Under the pieces are notes generated by a model, which was not told the origin of the DNA, searched no databases, and saw only the letters and a program-made list of their open reading frames with translations. Source: Marsupella aquatica (Eukaryota > Plantae > Marchantiophyta). Taken from it: a stretch of DNA of 64,000 nt. Both the position numbers and the translations under genes were made by a program. Position 1 is the stretch's first letter, and every line of letters begins with the position of its first letter. The stretch is taken from positions 3,761,918 through 3,825,917 of the forward strand of contig OZ316891.1 in NCBI GenBank assembly GCA_973895155.1. Reading direction: 5' to 3'. This document shows positions 1 through 12,092 of this stretch, one piece after another.

Positions 1-334
1 GGTCGGAAGAGATCAAATGACAGAGAAATGGCCCACCTGAAGCTTCAAAAGAGCAGCCTTCCACATCACACTTCAGATGAGTGTTATTGTGAGCAGTAAA
101 CTGTTGTGAATTTTTGAATGTCCGATCACATGCGTCGCATCGCAACGATCCTGCCTGTGATCTGAACACTCAGTTTGCACTCTATTTGTCAAACTTACAA
201 CGAGCAAAACATCTCCGACCAGTATGGCGGTTGTCCAGACTAACTAAAATGAAGGGTTCCAGAATTGAAGCACAAAAAGATTGGAAAGCTTTCGGAGAAA
301 GCCAGAACTAAATTGATCCAGTACTGCCAGCACA

Positions 335-1490
335 TCAAACCCCCACTTGGGTCAAGACGACAGACCTGGTTGGTTCTTCAGATCGCCCTCTCTCAAATTT
401 GCCACCCTTGAAGCGGGGAATAGGAACAGGACCGCCTCCTCCACCTCCATCACGGGACCAATTTCCTACCGCCCTATTATTCTTGTCATAAGGCTTGTTG
501 TGATAGTTCCCGATTCCGTGAAGATGGCCGACCGCATGCGAGCCAGCGCGAGAGAATTCAGCTGGCCGCATGCCATCTTGGGATCGCAGAGAGATTCGAG
601 GCAAAGAAGCAGCAGCATACTGGCCAGTGCCATCGTACGGGTGCGCCCACTGTTGACTTCCATGCACTGCGTCTCCATTATGAAATTGAGGAAGTGGAAC
701 TCCATTCAAGCCTAAAGTAACGGACCTTAGATCTTGGAGATGCGCTACTTGCTGCTGTTGCTGTACATGCTCCCAAAGCCTGTTAAAAGTCTTAGACAGC
801 TTACCCTTAAAACCCTGATCTCCTCCCAAACATAGACACGAAACATTGCCTTCAGAAGAATAACAGGGTCAAGATAGTCAAGATAACAGACCTGATTTGG
901 TCTTCAGATCGCCCTCGCTCAAATTTCCCTCCCTCGAAGGAGCGCATTGGAACAGGACCACCTCCTCCACCTCCACCACGGGACCAATTTCCTGCCGCCC
1001 CATTGTTTATGTCATAAACATTGTTGTGATAGTTCCCGATTCCTTGAAGATGGCCGACCGCATGCGAGCCAGCGCGAGAGAATTCAACTGGGCGCATACC
1101 ATCTTGGGATAGAAGAGAGATTCGAGGCACAGAGGCAGTAGCCCCATAGTGGCCCGTGCCATCGTACAGATGTGCCCACTGTTGGCTTCCACGCACTGGG
1201 TCTCCATTATGGACTTGAGAAAGTGGCAATCCATTCAGGCCTAAAGAAACGGACCTTAGATCTTGGAAATGCGCTACTTGCTGCTGCTGGTGTACATGCT
1301 GCTGAACCAGATTAGCCTCATTGGATTGTCTACTCACTGGATGTGCCCACTGTTGACCTCCACGCAATGCGTCTCCTTTATGGACTTGAGAAAGTGGAAC
1401 TCCATTCAAGCCTGAAGAACCGGACCTTGGATCTTGGAGATGAGCTACCTGCTTCTGTTGCTGCACATGCTGCTGGACCAGATTAGATCC
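335..1490 (-). repeat. Tandem duplication of a coding-like segment (two ~440-bp copies plus one partial), Gln/Gly-rich, function unknown
   Basis: ORFs 335-829 and 852-1571 share the near-identical peptide HVQQQQQVAH.QDLRS...QQWAH...GGGGGPVP...FERGRSE. A third partial copy lies at ~1340-1490. No domain recognised. Confidence 0.7.
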
Positions 1491-1889
1491 CATCCCATAT
1501 GTGAGTAGACAGCCCGCACCAGAATATAAACCCGTGTTCAGTCTGCTCAACCGTAAGGGTCGAGGGTTCAAGCTGTAGGGTTTAAGCGCTTCTCCTCCAC
1601 GTTACGCAAATTTAGGCAGTCTCTTCACCTCGCCGATACCTGACATATCCCATCTTGTATAAAATGCCGAGGAAAGTGAGGGCTCTCCCTAACGACAGTG
1701 CTGTCCGTCCATCCCTAGGGAGAAATCGTACGGAAGAGGTGAAGAAACCGGAGATCCTTAATTACTTTTCAATGGCTTCGTAGACCAAGTTATCCGGGAG
1801 TCCCGATTGCCGCAGAGAAGTTCAAGTGAGCTGCAGGAGCCACCATTGCACAAACTTCAGAACGTCAAATACAATCGATCACTGAATGC

Positions 1890-2800
1890 TCGGGCACAGA
1901 GACAGTATTTGTAAAGCTAAGGCTTACGTGCTGAGCTTTGACAGAATACTTTAAACCAAACGTACTAGCGAATGGAAACTAGACTATAGTGAGAGTAGAG
2001 CTAAGATTTCTTTGAGGGAGACTGAGATTGAAAAACCTTTCCGCATGGCTGCGAATGACATGAACGAGACTATTTATAAAGCTAAAATTCCTGTGCTGAG
2101 CTTTCACGAATTGCTTCAAACCAAATGTACTAGAGAACGAAAACAAGGCAATAGTGAGAGTAGAGCTAAGATTTCTTTGAGGGAGCTTGAGATAGTGAAC
2201 ATGCTTCCACATAGCTGCGAATGACTTGAACGAGAGTGTTGGTAAAGCTAAAAATCCTGTGCTGGGCTTTGACGAAATCCTTCAAATCACATGTAGTAGC
2301 GAACGAAAACGAGCCAAGAGTGAGTGTAGAGATTAAATTTCTTTTAGTGGAGCTTGAGCTTAGAGAGAAAAGTTGTGAACGACTCGAACGAGACAGAGAG
2401 TTAATTCGTAGAGCTGAGAAGATTGCTGTGCGGACCCTGAACAAAATGCATCAACCTATTGCTGTCGTTGGGAACGAATAGAAGAATCAAATTGACGAAT
2501 CGAACGAGAGCTTCCGAAGACTGACAGAATCAGAGAAGCAGAGCGAGTAAAACGAGAGAAAATGGTCTTGCACCCACAATCCAGCTTGAGAATCAGAAAA
2601 AAAGTCCCGAACGACTCGAACGCGACACAGCGCAAATTCAGAGAGCTGACAAGATTTCTGCGCGGACCTTCAACAAAGTAAATTCAACCTACTGCTGTCG
2701 TTGCGGACTAATTGAAGAACCAAATTCACGATTCGAACGAGGGCTTCCGCTGAATTGGAAAACCAACTTGACGAATCGAGCGAGAGTTCCGAAGACTGAG
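1890..2800. repeat. Degenerate tandem repeats (~170-bp unit about x3, then ~230-bp unit x2)
   Basis: Recurring 'atagtgagagtagagctaagatttctttgaggga', 'gtgctgagctttgac' and 'aacgactcgaacg...agagctga...cggacc...tcaaccta.tgctgtcgttg' blocks. Confidence 0.7.
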
Positions 2801-3639
2801 TGAGAGAAGCTGAGAGCACAACGAGAGGACACGATTTTGCGCCAACATCAGAGCGAGCTCGAGCTCCTGCTCCCGCAGCCTCCGGAGGGTCTAGGGTTTC
2901 TCTTCCTGTGCCCCCGACTTCTCTCGAAGCTCTAGGGTTCCTTTGAGCTCCTGGATCCTAATAACAACAGTAGCACGCGGCCCTGCCAAATGGCGCCTGC
3001 CACCTGGCGCCTGGTCCTGACTGGATCCAAATGCAAAAGAATCCAACGCAATGGAACTCTGGATATATAATTATACGAGAGTGCCAAACCCCAAAAGCGA
3101 CCAACTCGGAAATACCATACCAAACGCAAAATAGATTTCACAAATATAATACACAAATAGACATTTTATTCTTTCATCGCATTACAAAATTCAATATTGA
3201 TGGGAATAAAAACTTGCGGTTAGACATTTGAGTGTATTTTTTGTATCCGTTCACTTTACTTGCGAGGGCTCCCACACCCTATAACACCATCCGTTCCCTC
3301 GACCCACCCACCCCACTCTATGCCTACCTCTACACCTTGCTCTCAAATACTTGTCTTGCGTCTGTCATGAATGAGGTAACCCCAATGCCTCATTCCCCCT
3401 CCCCTCTGTAGTTCCATGCCTCTCATGATTTCAATTGATGGACCTTATCAATTCCCTCCCTCCCTCATGAATGCTCCCCCCATGCCTCCGTCAGTCCATC
3501 CCGTCCCATCCCCTCCGTGCATTCATTAATTATGGACCCCCTTTCACTATGGACCGGCCGGCTCTTCTTGCACTGTGCAACACACGGGCATAGGGCTCAT
3601 ACCCAATAAAGGGAGGGAGAGGAGAAGACAAGTGAAATA

Positions 3640-4500
3640 TCACAAGAAAACCAAAGCCCAACAAGCCAGGTATCCCTCAACCATTTGGGGGCTGTTTGGC
3701 TAGAGACTGTAGCAACCCAATAAAGGAATGAAGAGCAAAAAGAGAAACCTCAAGAAGACCAACAAGATCCAACAAGCCAGGGATCCCTAAGGTCCAATGT
3801 TGAGGGTCGCACATAGCCGCCCTCAACATTGCAGCCCTCAACACTAGCAAAACAAATGGGAAAAAGTATATTTGCTCCCTTGCAATGTCAACAGTGCACA
3901 AGGCTGGTTGTGTCCCTGCAATGTTGTTTTTGGGGTGAACACATCTCTACCCTCTATTAAGTCATGACCATTGGATCTCCCTTGATTTAAGGACAATAGT
4001 TAGATTTTGGCAACTAAGTGGGAAACTAGCTAATGGAATTACCCCAAAACGTAACAAATATTGTCAAAAATGAAACAGACTTTTCACAAATATTGAAAAG
4101 CCTCTAAACCCCTAAATTTAGAATGGGCTGTTTGGCTAACAATCACTGAAATAACCAACGCACTAGCACTTTGGACCCCTAAACGTTTTTGGGGCTGTTT
4201 GGCTGGAAAATGCAAAAGCAATCCCTCTCATAGGAACTCTGGCTTCCTCATCGTTGTTTGATCTATTTGGCTCAAAAGTCCAATGCACTGGAACTCTGGA
4301 TCCCAAAAAATAGTATGGGATGTTAGGCTCAAATCTCCAAAACAAATCCAATGCCCTGAAGCTGTGGATCCCTAACTGTTTTTTTGGACTGTTTGGCTAA
4401 AGAATGCCAAAAAAAACTCCAACGTCAGGTTACGGATCTCTAAAACTAATCATTGGGCTAGTTGGCTAAAACATGCAAGAAAATCCATTGAAACTTTTGT
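3640..4500. repeat. Highly degenerate short-unit repeat region
   Basis: Repeated 'gg(g/a)ctgtttggct' and 'ggatccc(t/a)aa' motifs at ~3688, 4125, 4191, 4386 and 4456. Confidence 0.5.
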
Positions 4501-5601
4501 GGACTACTTCCCATCGTCCAGAGTTTTGCTTAAAAATGGCCTATCTCACATTGTTCAGGGTTTGGCTCAAATGCAAAATAATTCAACGCACTTGAAATAT
4601 GGATCAGTACTCCATTTTTGTCCACAATTAGGAGGGGTCTGGTTAAGTCTAAATTACCTCATTGGTGCCCACAAGATGTAGGAGAGGCCGCGTTAAGTCC
4701 ATTGGCTTTTTCATTTAAGGACTCCTTTTGCAAATTGGACTGGTGTACTTTTCTTATCAACGGTGGACTTATGCTTAGAGTTTTGGAGAGAAAAGGGCTT
4801 CATGGAAAACAAACCCCTTACGAGGCCCCTTCTTTGGGACTTTTTGGGACCCCCACTCCCTGCAGCCCTGCACATTCCCTGTAGCCCACTAACGCTTGGA
4901 GTGGTCCAGAGTGGACCTGTAGCCCTGTTGTCCTGCCAGCCTATTTTCGAAGGATTTAAAAATAATAATTTGGCAGAGTGAGGGATGTTACCTGGTGTGA
5001 AGTAGAATATTCCTAGATCTAAGGAGAACTGCCAGATTTTGGCTAGTGGGGTCTTTGGCTAGGTGGGAAAGTAGGAACCAAATCTCTGCAGCCCGCCGAT
5101 CCCTGCAGCCCCCAATACCTGCAGTCCCCCAATCCCTGTAGCCCCTGCACTCTCGTCACTAACCCCCCTCCCCCAAATAAAGAACTTGGAATGCCAAGAA
5201 CATAATTAATTAAGAGCCATATTCTCATTGAGCTTAGGTTCTTAGTGCTTCCAAATTAGAGTAACTCGGTTTGGAATTAGTTTTTGGACCAACGCATATT
5301 TTAGGGATAAACTGTAAGGTTAGGGAAATGTTAGTGTAAGCGTCTTGTAGATCGAAGAGAGTGAAGTAGTAGTAGGACCTGACAACTTGATCTCAAGCAG
5401 AGTAGTTAAGATCTATGCATGAGTCTAATATTCTCCAGTGTGTACGAAAAGGCTTAGCCAAATAATTTATTTTTATTCTGTCTAGTTATTGCAAAACTTC
5501 ACTGGCTAATTTTTGGTATTTTTGGTAGACCCCATTAGCCAAAATCTGACTGTCCTCCTTGAATCTAGAGAAATCTAAGAAGACTACACAAGGAATGTTT
5601 C

Positions 5602-5885
5602 TTTTTTTTTGCCTTGAGAACCTAAAGTAGGCCCATTTAACAAAGTATAATTGTCCTGCTTTGGAGCATGCATTTCTATGTAGGGTAACCACAATGAGAC
5701 AATACCCAAGGACCCAGACCAAGAGGGAAAGAGTATTAAACCAGAACCCCAAGGCGGGCAACCAGGGGCTGAGAAGATAATCAATATTCCCAATCCCATC
5801 ATTGCATCCCACACACACATACTCTCCACACCCCTTTGGAGGGAGTATTGAAGGGGGACCTCTAAGCTCATTATCAACACCATTG
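5602..5885 (-). mobile_element. Putative tRNA-derived SINE, copy 1
   Basis: Colinear with 58415-58745 ('ttttttgccttga.aacctaaag...ttggagcatgcatttctatgtaggg...gacaatacccaagg...ttaaaccagaacc...cacacacata...ggacctct'). A-tail on the minus strand. Confidence 0.5.
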
Positions 5886-6433
5886 CAAAAGACTAACAAC
5901 CTTAAACTTGCAAAAGAAGAACAACCTTAAACTTGCAAAAGAAGAGCAACCTTTAAACATAGGGAGGTAGGGCCAAAACGGAGGGAATGGGCCACGGGCT
6001 ACAGTGTAGTTTCAAACGGAGGGCCCTACTCCAAGGATTATTTCCCTAGTGGGGCCAAAAATGTTTTTTGTCAAGTTTTGGGCTGAAGCCTCTGGTCAGG
6101 AGCCAGGAGCATATGGTCAGTAGCCTACCCTCACTTCTTGTAAAGTCAAGTAGTACAGCCGCCGCTACTGAACACATGTCATCCCAGTGAGGTAATGTAT
6201 GACGAGAGAAATCTAGTCGATGGACCCATAAGTGATCCAGACCGTCAATAGACATGAAATGGACGTACCCAAAACTTTCAAGGGTCCATCAAACAACAAT
6301 TCGGGGTCATCGAGTATATATCTGAACAATATTTCACGAGGAGAACTCGAATTGCGCTTTGAAGAGTGAGGAAAGTTATTTTCTACTGTAGCGATAGTGG
6401 AGGTACTCGAGGAGAGTGGCAATTCGAATTTCA

Positions 6434-6943
6434 ATGGCGGTGGAGGCGAAAGCGGATCTGGTGTTGCAGCTTCTGCAAGCCAAGAAGGAGAGTGGCAAGA
6501 CGTTCTCTCAAATCGCCGAAGCGACCGGTCTCACCAACGCGTACGTTGGGCAATTGTTTCATCGGCAGATGCCGGTGAAGCCACATGTTGTGGAGAAGCT
6601 GAGGTCTGCAGTGCCGCAGCTGACGCCGGAATTGCTCGAGAAAATGCAGGAGGTCCCGCGGCGCTCGTACGATCCGACCATCCTGCAAGACCCCACCATT
6701 TACAGGATCTACGAGGCTGTGGTTCACTACGGTGAGAGCTTCAAAGAGATCATCAACGAGGAGTGTGGAGATGGAATTGTGTCGGCAATTGGATTCTTTG
6801 CCACTGTTGACAAAATCAAGGGCAAAGACGGTGAAGATCGAGTGGCGATCACCTTCAATGGCAAATATCTGCCTTACACCGAACAAGTTTCTTCTTCTAA
6901 CACGGCTGCAGTTGCAAAATCTTTGAACGACATACGACTTTGA
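6434..6943 (+). CDS. CYN: Cyanate hydratase (cyanase), plant type, intronless, 169 aa
   Basis: N-terminal [20 protein letters not shown]-like region, then [36 protein letters not shown]...V.ITFNGKYL. Catalytic Arg, Glu and Ser equivalents are present. First ATG is at 6434. Confidence 0.96.
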   Translation: MAVEAKADLVLQLLQAKKESGKTFSQIAEATGLTNAYVGQLFHRQMPVKPHVVEKLRSAVPQLTPELLEKMQEVPRRSYDPTILQDPTIYRIYEAVVHYGESFKEIINEECGDGIVSAIGFFATVDKIKGKDGEDRVAITFNGKYLPYTEQVSSSNTAAVAKSLNDIRL

Positions 6944-7042
6944 GTCATTGCTTCATGTCAACACTCTTCCAATAGTTTCCAGAATTGCTGAAGGTGCCAG
7001 CAGCATCAGGGTCTGGCATACGAGAAACTTTCTTATGCATAG

Positions 7043-7215
7043 AGTGAATCAATGGGTTTTTTTGTTTCGCTCACGAGTTCATTGCTGGACATGTGAAGAG
7101 TATCTAATGCCCAGGTTCAGAGCAATCTTAGGAGATGTGAATCAATGGGTTTTTTGTTCCGCTCACGAGTTCATTGCTGGACATGTGAACAGGATCTAAT
7201 GCCCAGATTCAGTGC
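7043..7215. repeat. ~95-bp direct duplication in the cyanase 3' region
   Basis: 'gtgaatcaatgggtttttt.gtt.cgctcacgagttcattgctggacatgtgaa...atctaatgcccag' occurs twice. Confidence 0.85.
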
Positions 7216-9190
7216 AATACTGTGAAGAGTTTCTAGACAGTATGCTTGTTCCCGAAAACTTCGTGAACGTGATTCAGAATGCTTTTAGTTTGTTAGTAGA
7301 GAACTCATGTACTAAGGATTGAATTGTATTTCAACCAGTACTCTTGCTTTTGGCCCAAACCAGTTCTTGCACGGATGGTCTTCGTACGTCTCTTTAGGAT
7401 TTGCATTTGGATTTTCCTTCTGAGAAACCTAACTGGGCACCTCTCTTCTGCTCTACAAGAGCTACGTCAAATCTAGCGGTAGGATTGGTCTACTATCCCC
7501 ACTCACACGGAGAGAATAAATGGATGGAGGAAGCCACTGTCACACACCAAAGCGAAGACAACTGTGGGTGCTGGCGCAAAAACGATTTCTGTTCCCTTTT
7601 GAGCCTGTCAGTCTAGTCGATCGATCTTATTGGGTACTGTGGTCTACATGACTTTGCTTTTGCTCTCCGCATTTGAGAGTTAGTCGTCATGATTTTGCTT
7701 TTGCTCTGCGCATTTGAGAGCTAGTCATTTTTAGGAATATTCTGTCTCTCGAGGTTTCCTGGCTGTAATCTCTGTACGTCTATCCCAACATTTCTAGAAT
7801 TTCTCTGAAGCGCCTGTAGTGTCTGTACTCAAATTTGATCAAATTTTGCTCGAGAGCTTCTAGTCTGCGAACCTGGCGTCCATTCTTCTTTCAGGTCATT
7901 TGTCCTGCAAACGAACTGCTATAACAAATTGATAGCGTTGTCTAATCACAACTAGCAACGAAGCACAACGGGAGCATCCATTTCTACCAGTATTTCGGCA
8001 CAGAGCTATTTTAGTTTCTTACCATTATCGAAAGGAACACACATTCATTCTCGTAACTGTAACTGTGGAGATGTAACACACATTCATTCACACATTCATT
8101 CTCGTAACTGTGTAGATTTAACTGACATTGTTTCACTATACAGCACGGTGTTGCGATTTCGTTACAGCCTCAGAGCTCACAACGTCTTCCTTTACGTCGT
8201 CAAAGAAGATGTACCTGGATACTACGGCGGGAGCCCCGATTCAGTCCACAGAGGCAAGAGCGAATGATGGAAAAGTCGCCAAAAGTCGTTTCGCTTCGCG
8301 AGCGCAGCCTGCTGTTGCTAAAAACGCCAATAACGGAAAGACCGGCGGAGGTGCTGGTTCAGGCTCGGCGAAAAACTATATCGAAGGTCATATCCTTCAA
8401 GCGGGCATTCGAGCTTGTATCGACCTGAATCTTAGACACCCAATGAAGTCTGCGGCAAGTTGGAGCTGTGACGGCAATTTAGTAGGCAAAAATAGGGCAT
8501 CTCAAACTATCGATTTCCCTGGTCGTTTTACTGTGCCGAAATTGCGCGGGCAGGGCCGTGACCGGAAAGTGGGCGGTGCCCGAAATCGGTGACCGTCAAT
8601 AACTCGGACAGTCACATTACTGTTACCGTGGGTCCATGACTAACCCTATAGTCTGAGGGACGCACTGAGAGAGAAACTAGCTGCGCGCGACAGAGAAGCC
8701 GGGGATGTGTGCGACAGAGAAACTGTTCCTTCTCGCACTGTGCATGTTTGTGCGACTACATGCAGGGCGCCCATGATCGCAAGGCTGTCAACTCATAGCG
8801 ATTGACGCTTTTTTCGTGTAAGTTTGTTATGGTTTTGGGCTCCCACTTAAGCAAGTCATTTAGAGTACAGGAGATCGCTTTAGGCTGACATGCTAGAGTT
8901 GCATGTTGATGCTCGATTTTGTGAGCAGCTGCAAGTGAGGAGCTGCCAGTGAGGAGCTGCAAGTGAGTGTAAACAAAACTACGGCTAAGTGTAAAGGACC
9001 CACCTTCGACATCCTGAGAGGCTACGACTGAGCATACTTGCAGGACGACCCCGATTGTTTGGCACTCGACTCACACCTGATTGTAAGTTAAAGATCACCT
9101 CAATGTTTTTCCGCTTTTGTTTCCTGCAATGCTCACAACCAGGACAAGGGATGCTGAATGGCTGAATGCTTTGTCGTTTGCCAGGAGGCC

Positions 9191-9789
9191 ATGGCTCATT
9201 GGATTTCTTTGTCAGACGTGGAGGACAAGAGGGCTAGAGGCATGAGTACGCAGTTCGCACCGTCTTTAGTTTGGGAAACAACTACACAGCTCGAAATCCC
9301 TACCCTCAAAAATTCGTTTACTCCTCTTGCCCTCATAGGGACAATGATGGCCATCGATGTAACAAATCTTTAGAATGGGGCGATATATGTGGATATCACT
9401 TACCTGGAGAACCTGCCTTTCGATTCCAACTGGTCTTGTTTGATGCCATTCATGGTGGTGTGCAGCCTGTGACAATCCTGCTGTGGAATTGCGCTACCAT
9501 TCTCTTGAATTATACAGCACTTGAATTCAGCATTCTACCTGAATTTGAGCAAATTCAGATTGTTTATGACATTCTGAAGCATTCGCCCAAGCTACAAGTC
9601 TCTCTTGAAGTGAAGGGACTCGAGATGCACATTCAGAGATTGAGTTTTGTGGATCCTGGAATTCCCAGGACGCCTACAAAAACCCTTGTCAAACCGAAGT
9701 CCAGTCCTGGGAAACCTAAGAGTGCCAAGAAAATCCTAGCAGACCTCGTGTTGCAATTGAAGAATGCAGATTTAGAGGACTCGGATTAG
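9191..9789 (+). pseudogene. RPA70 C-terminal (DBD-C)-like zinc-ribbon OB-fold protein, with one apparent frameshift near 9300
   Basis: KFVYSSCP.......CNKSL....CGYH....FRFQLVLFD....VTILLWN.ATILLNYTA.EF resembles the RPA1 DBD-C pattern Y.ACP..CNKK..C..C..YRL...D.TG...F...A..LLG..A.E. The ATG at 9191 follows a plausible spliced leader (acceptor ccag at 9184). Confidence 0.65.
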
Positions 9790-9951
9790 GGATTACAATT
9801 GTATGCACTCGGCCCTCATATTCAGGATGTCTACACTTTCAGGATGCGCAATGTTGCAAGCTTAGAAAGAAATTTATACTTATTGAATAAAATTTGGCTC
9901 ATTTTGGTATAAACTGACTTTATCACTTCTTCACAGCTGTTAGGGTCGAAC

Positions 9952-11468
9952 ATGCCTCGGTTTTCAGACAGGCAAAGAGGCTTGAAACGAGTCAAACAGC
10001 AACTTGAACTAGCCATTGTTGTTCAGAGTTCGAAGAGTTCTCAAGATATTGGATCTGAAGACCTCGACCTCCATGGATTCTCTGAAGTTGACTCTCATAT
10101 TTCTGAGAGGACTGATAGTGATTCAGACTTGCCTTTGGATAGCTCATCTGAGGATCAAAACAGGGAAGAGGATTTGGAGAATGATGAGAATCCAACAGAC
10201 CTCTTAGAGCTATATTTTGTGTTGTATAATACTCGTTATGTTGTTCATCGTCATGTGAGCCTAAAATCTAAGGAATTTGCACAACAGTTCTTTCATTGCT
10301 TGGCAGATCCTTTGTTTAGGCAGCTCACGAGGATGGACAAATCCTCTTTCTATCACCTTCTAGGCTTGATTGAAGGACACCCTATCTTCCAGAATGAATC
10401 GAATTGTCAGCAAGCACCTATTGAGGCCCAATTAGCTTGGTCATGATGGGAATGGTGCTTGCTTAAATCATATGATCCCCACATGGGGCGTGAGTTGTGG
10501 TTCAATTGTCAACTACTCAAAATGTGCCTTTGAGGCTTTGGATGATGTTTTAAGCGACTATATCCAGTGGCCTACTAGTAGGGAACGAGCTGCAAGTTTG
10601 GAGGCATTTGCAAGGTTGGGATTTCCAGGCTGGATCGGTCTAATTGATGGAAGCCTATGCCCCTTGGCTCAACGTCCTGGCGTTCATGGAGAGTGCTACT
10701 ATGATCGCAAGAGTCGATATTCCATAAATGTACAGGTGGTCTGTGACCACCGCAGAAGAGTCATGTTCTTGTTCTCAGGTGAGCAGTTATTTTCAATGTT
10801 GAATATGTTGAATGAGGCAGCAGTATCCAGTATCAACCAATGACTGCTGCTATTTGTGCCTTGCTGCAGGAATGCTTGGATCATGCTCCGACCTGACTTG
10901 TGTGCGAAAGTCTCCACTCTTTTCCTTTCTGACTGATGTCAGAAGGAATGCTCTATTTGAATCTGACCAGTACATTTTAGGAGATTCAGGCTATCAGGCC
11001 CTTCCACACATGGTTTCTGCATTTAAAAGGACTGACATGGTACCAGATAAAGAGAACTTCAATACTTGTGTTGCCAAGTGCAGGGTAACCAATGAGCACT
11101 GCATTGGAGTTTTGAAGAGCAAATGGCATTCTTTAAAAGAAGTTCGAACTCAATTGAATTCAAAGAAGGACAGCCTATGGATGGTAAGGTGGATCAATTT
11201 GTGTGGGAAATTGCATAACTATGTGCTTCACAGGCAGGATGCATGGACACCCGAGGATATTGCGCTGCAGAGAGAGCAAGATGGTGAAACCCAGGAGGAC
11301 TTCTATCCAGAGCCCAATGTTGGTGGACCGGCTGATGCAGAGTGAGACCCTAGGGTAGTTTCGCGACGTGCTCTGGTGCGAGCTGGCAATGCACTACTAG
11401 TTCGAGTTATGGATACTGCTTTGGAACACTATCGTCAACCGGGGAAATTTTTACACCGTGAAGCTTGA
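9952..11468 (+). pseudogene. Harbinger-type DDE transposase (DDE_Tnp_4-like), disrupted
   Basis: Motifs FRQLTRM.K.SF, LGHDGNGA, GFPG.IGLIDGS (D), YYDRKSRYSINVQVVCD, G.LGS.SD, LGDSGY (D) and RVTNEHCIG.LK (E). GT-AG intron 10779-10869 joins the frames. Frameshifting deletion at ~10437. In-frame TGA at 11343-11345, with the frame continuing to the stop at 11466-11468. Confidence 0.92.
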
Positions 11469-12092
11469 TTGTTCAAACATAGCTCATAGGATCTGTTTGT
11501 TTAACAGCCAATGATCGGCTTCCTTGTTCAAATGTAGCTGGGAGGACTTAAGCGTAGCTAGTAGGAGTTACCTGGTGGTAGGAGGTAGGAGATGATTAAA
11601 GCCAATGATCAGCTGTAGTTTAATTAGTTACAAGCTGTAGTTTGGTACCAACTTAGTCAAATGCCTTGAGCATTTAAAAGCTCGGCTCTGCAATTTTGTA
11701 ATCTCGCCACTTCTAAAATATGTGCTTGCATTGTGAGCACTTGAAGACATACAATTGTGATATGTAAAGCTTCTATTGTCTTGGAATGAAGTAAGTTTTC
11801 AATGCACAATCCAGTCTACAATGGAGATCTTCAGAAATTAGCCCAGTGTTGCAAAGAGCAGTGGAGATGCATGCTTATATACCCAGACTGTCAATCATGG
11901 TCCAGAGAGAAGAACAGATAGGATCCACTTGAGAATTGCAAACAAATGTTCAAGAGGACTTCATTGAAAACACATCCATTTCACAAAAGAGAACCTTTAT
12001 TCAAAATTTGAGCCTTGCAGCATAGCAATGTCTGGAAGGCTGCATCGACATTGGGTAATGTGCAGCTAACTGTATGTAAAAAAACTATTCAT

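Noticed and set aside
6416-6943. Cyanase as a bacterial horizontal transfer
   Set aside because: Sequence features ([22 protein letters not shown]-terminal EQ extension) match plant cyanases.
8128-8592. 154-aa ORF spanning the transposon's left end
   Set aside because: It crosses the TIR/TSD junction, starts at TTG and has no recognisable domain.
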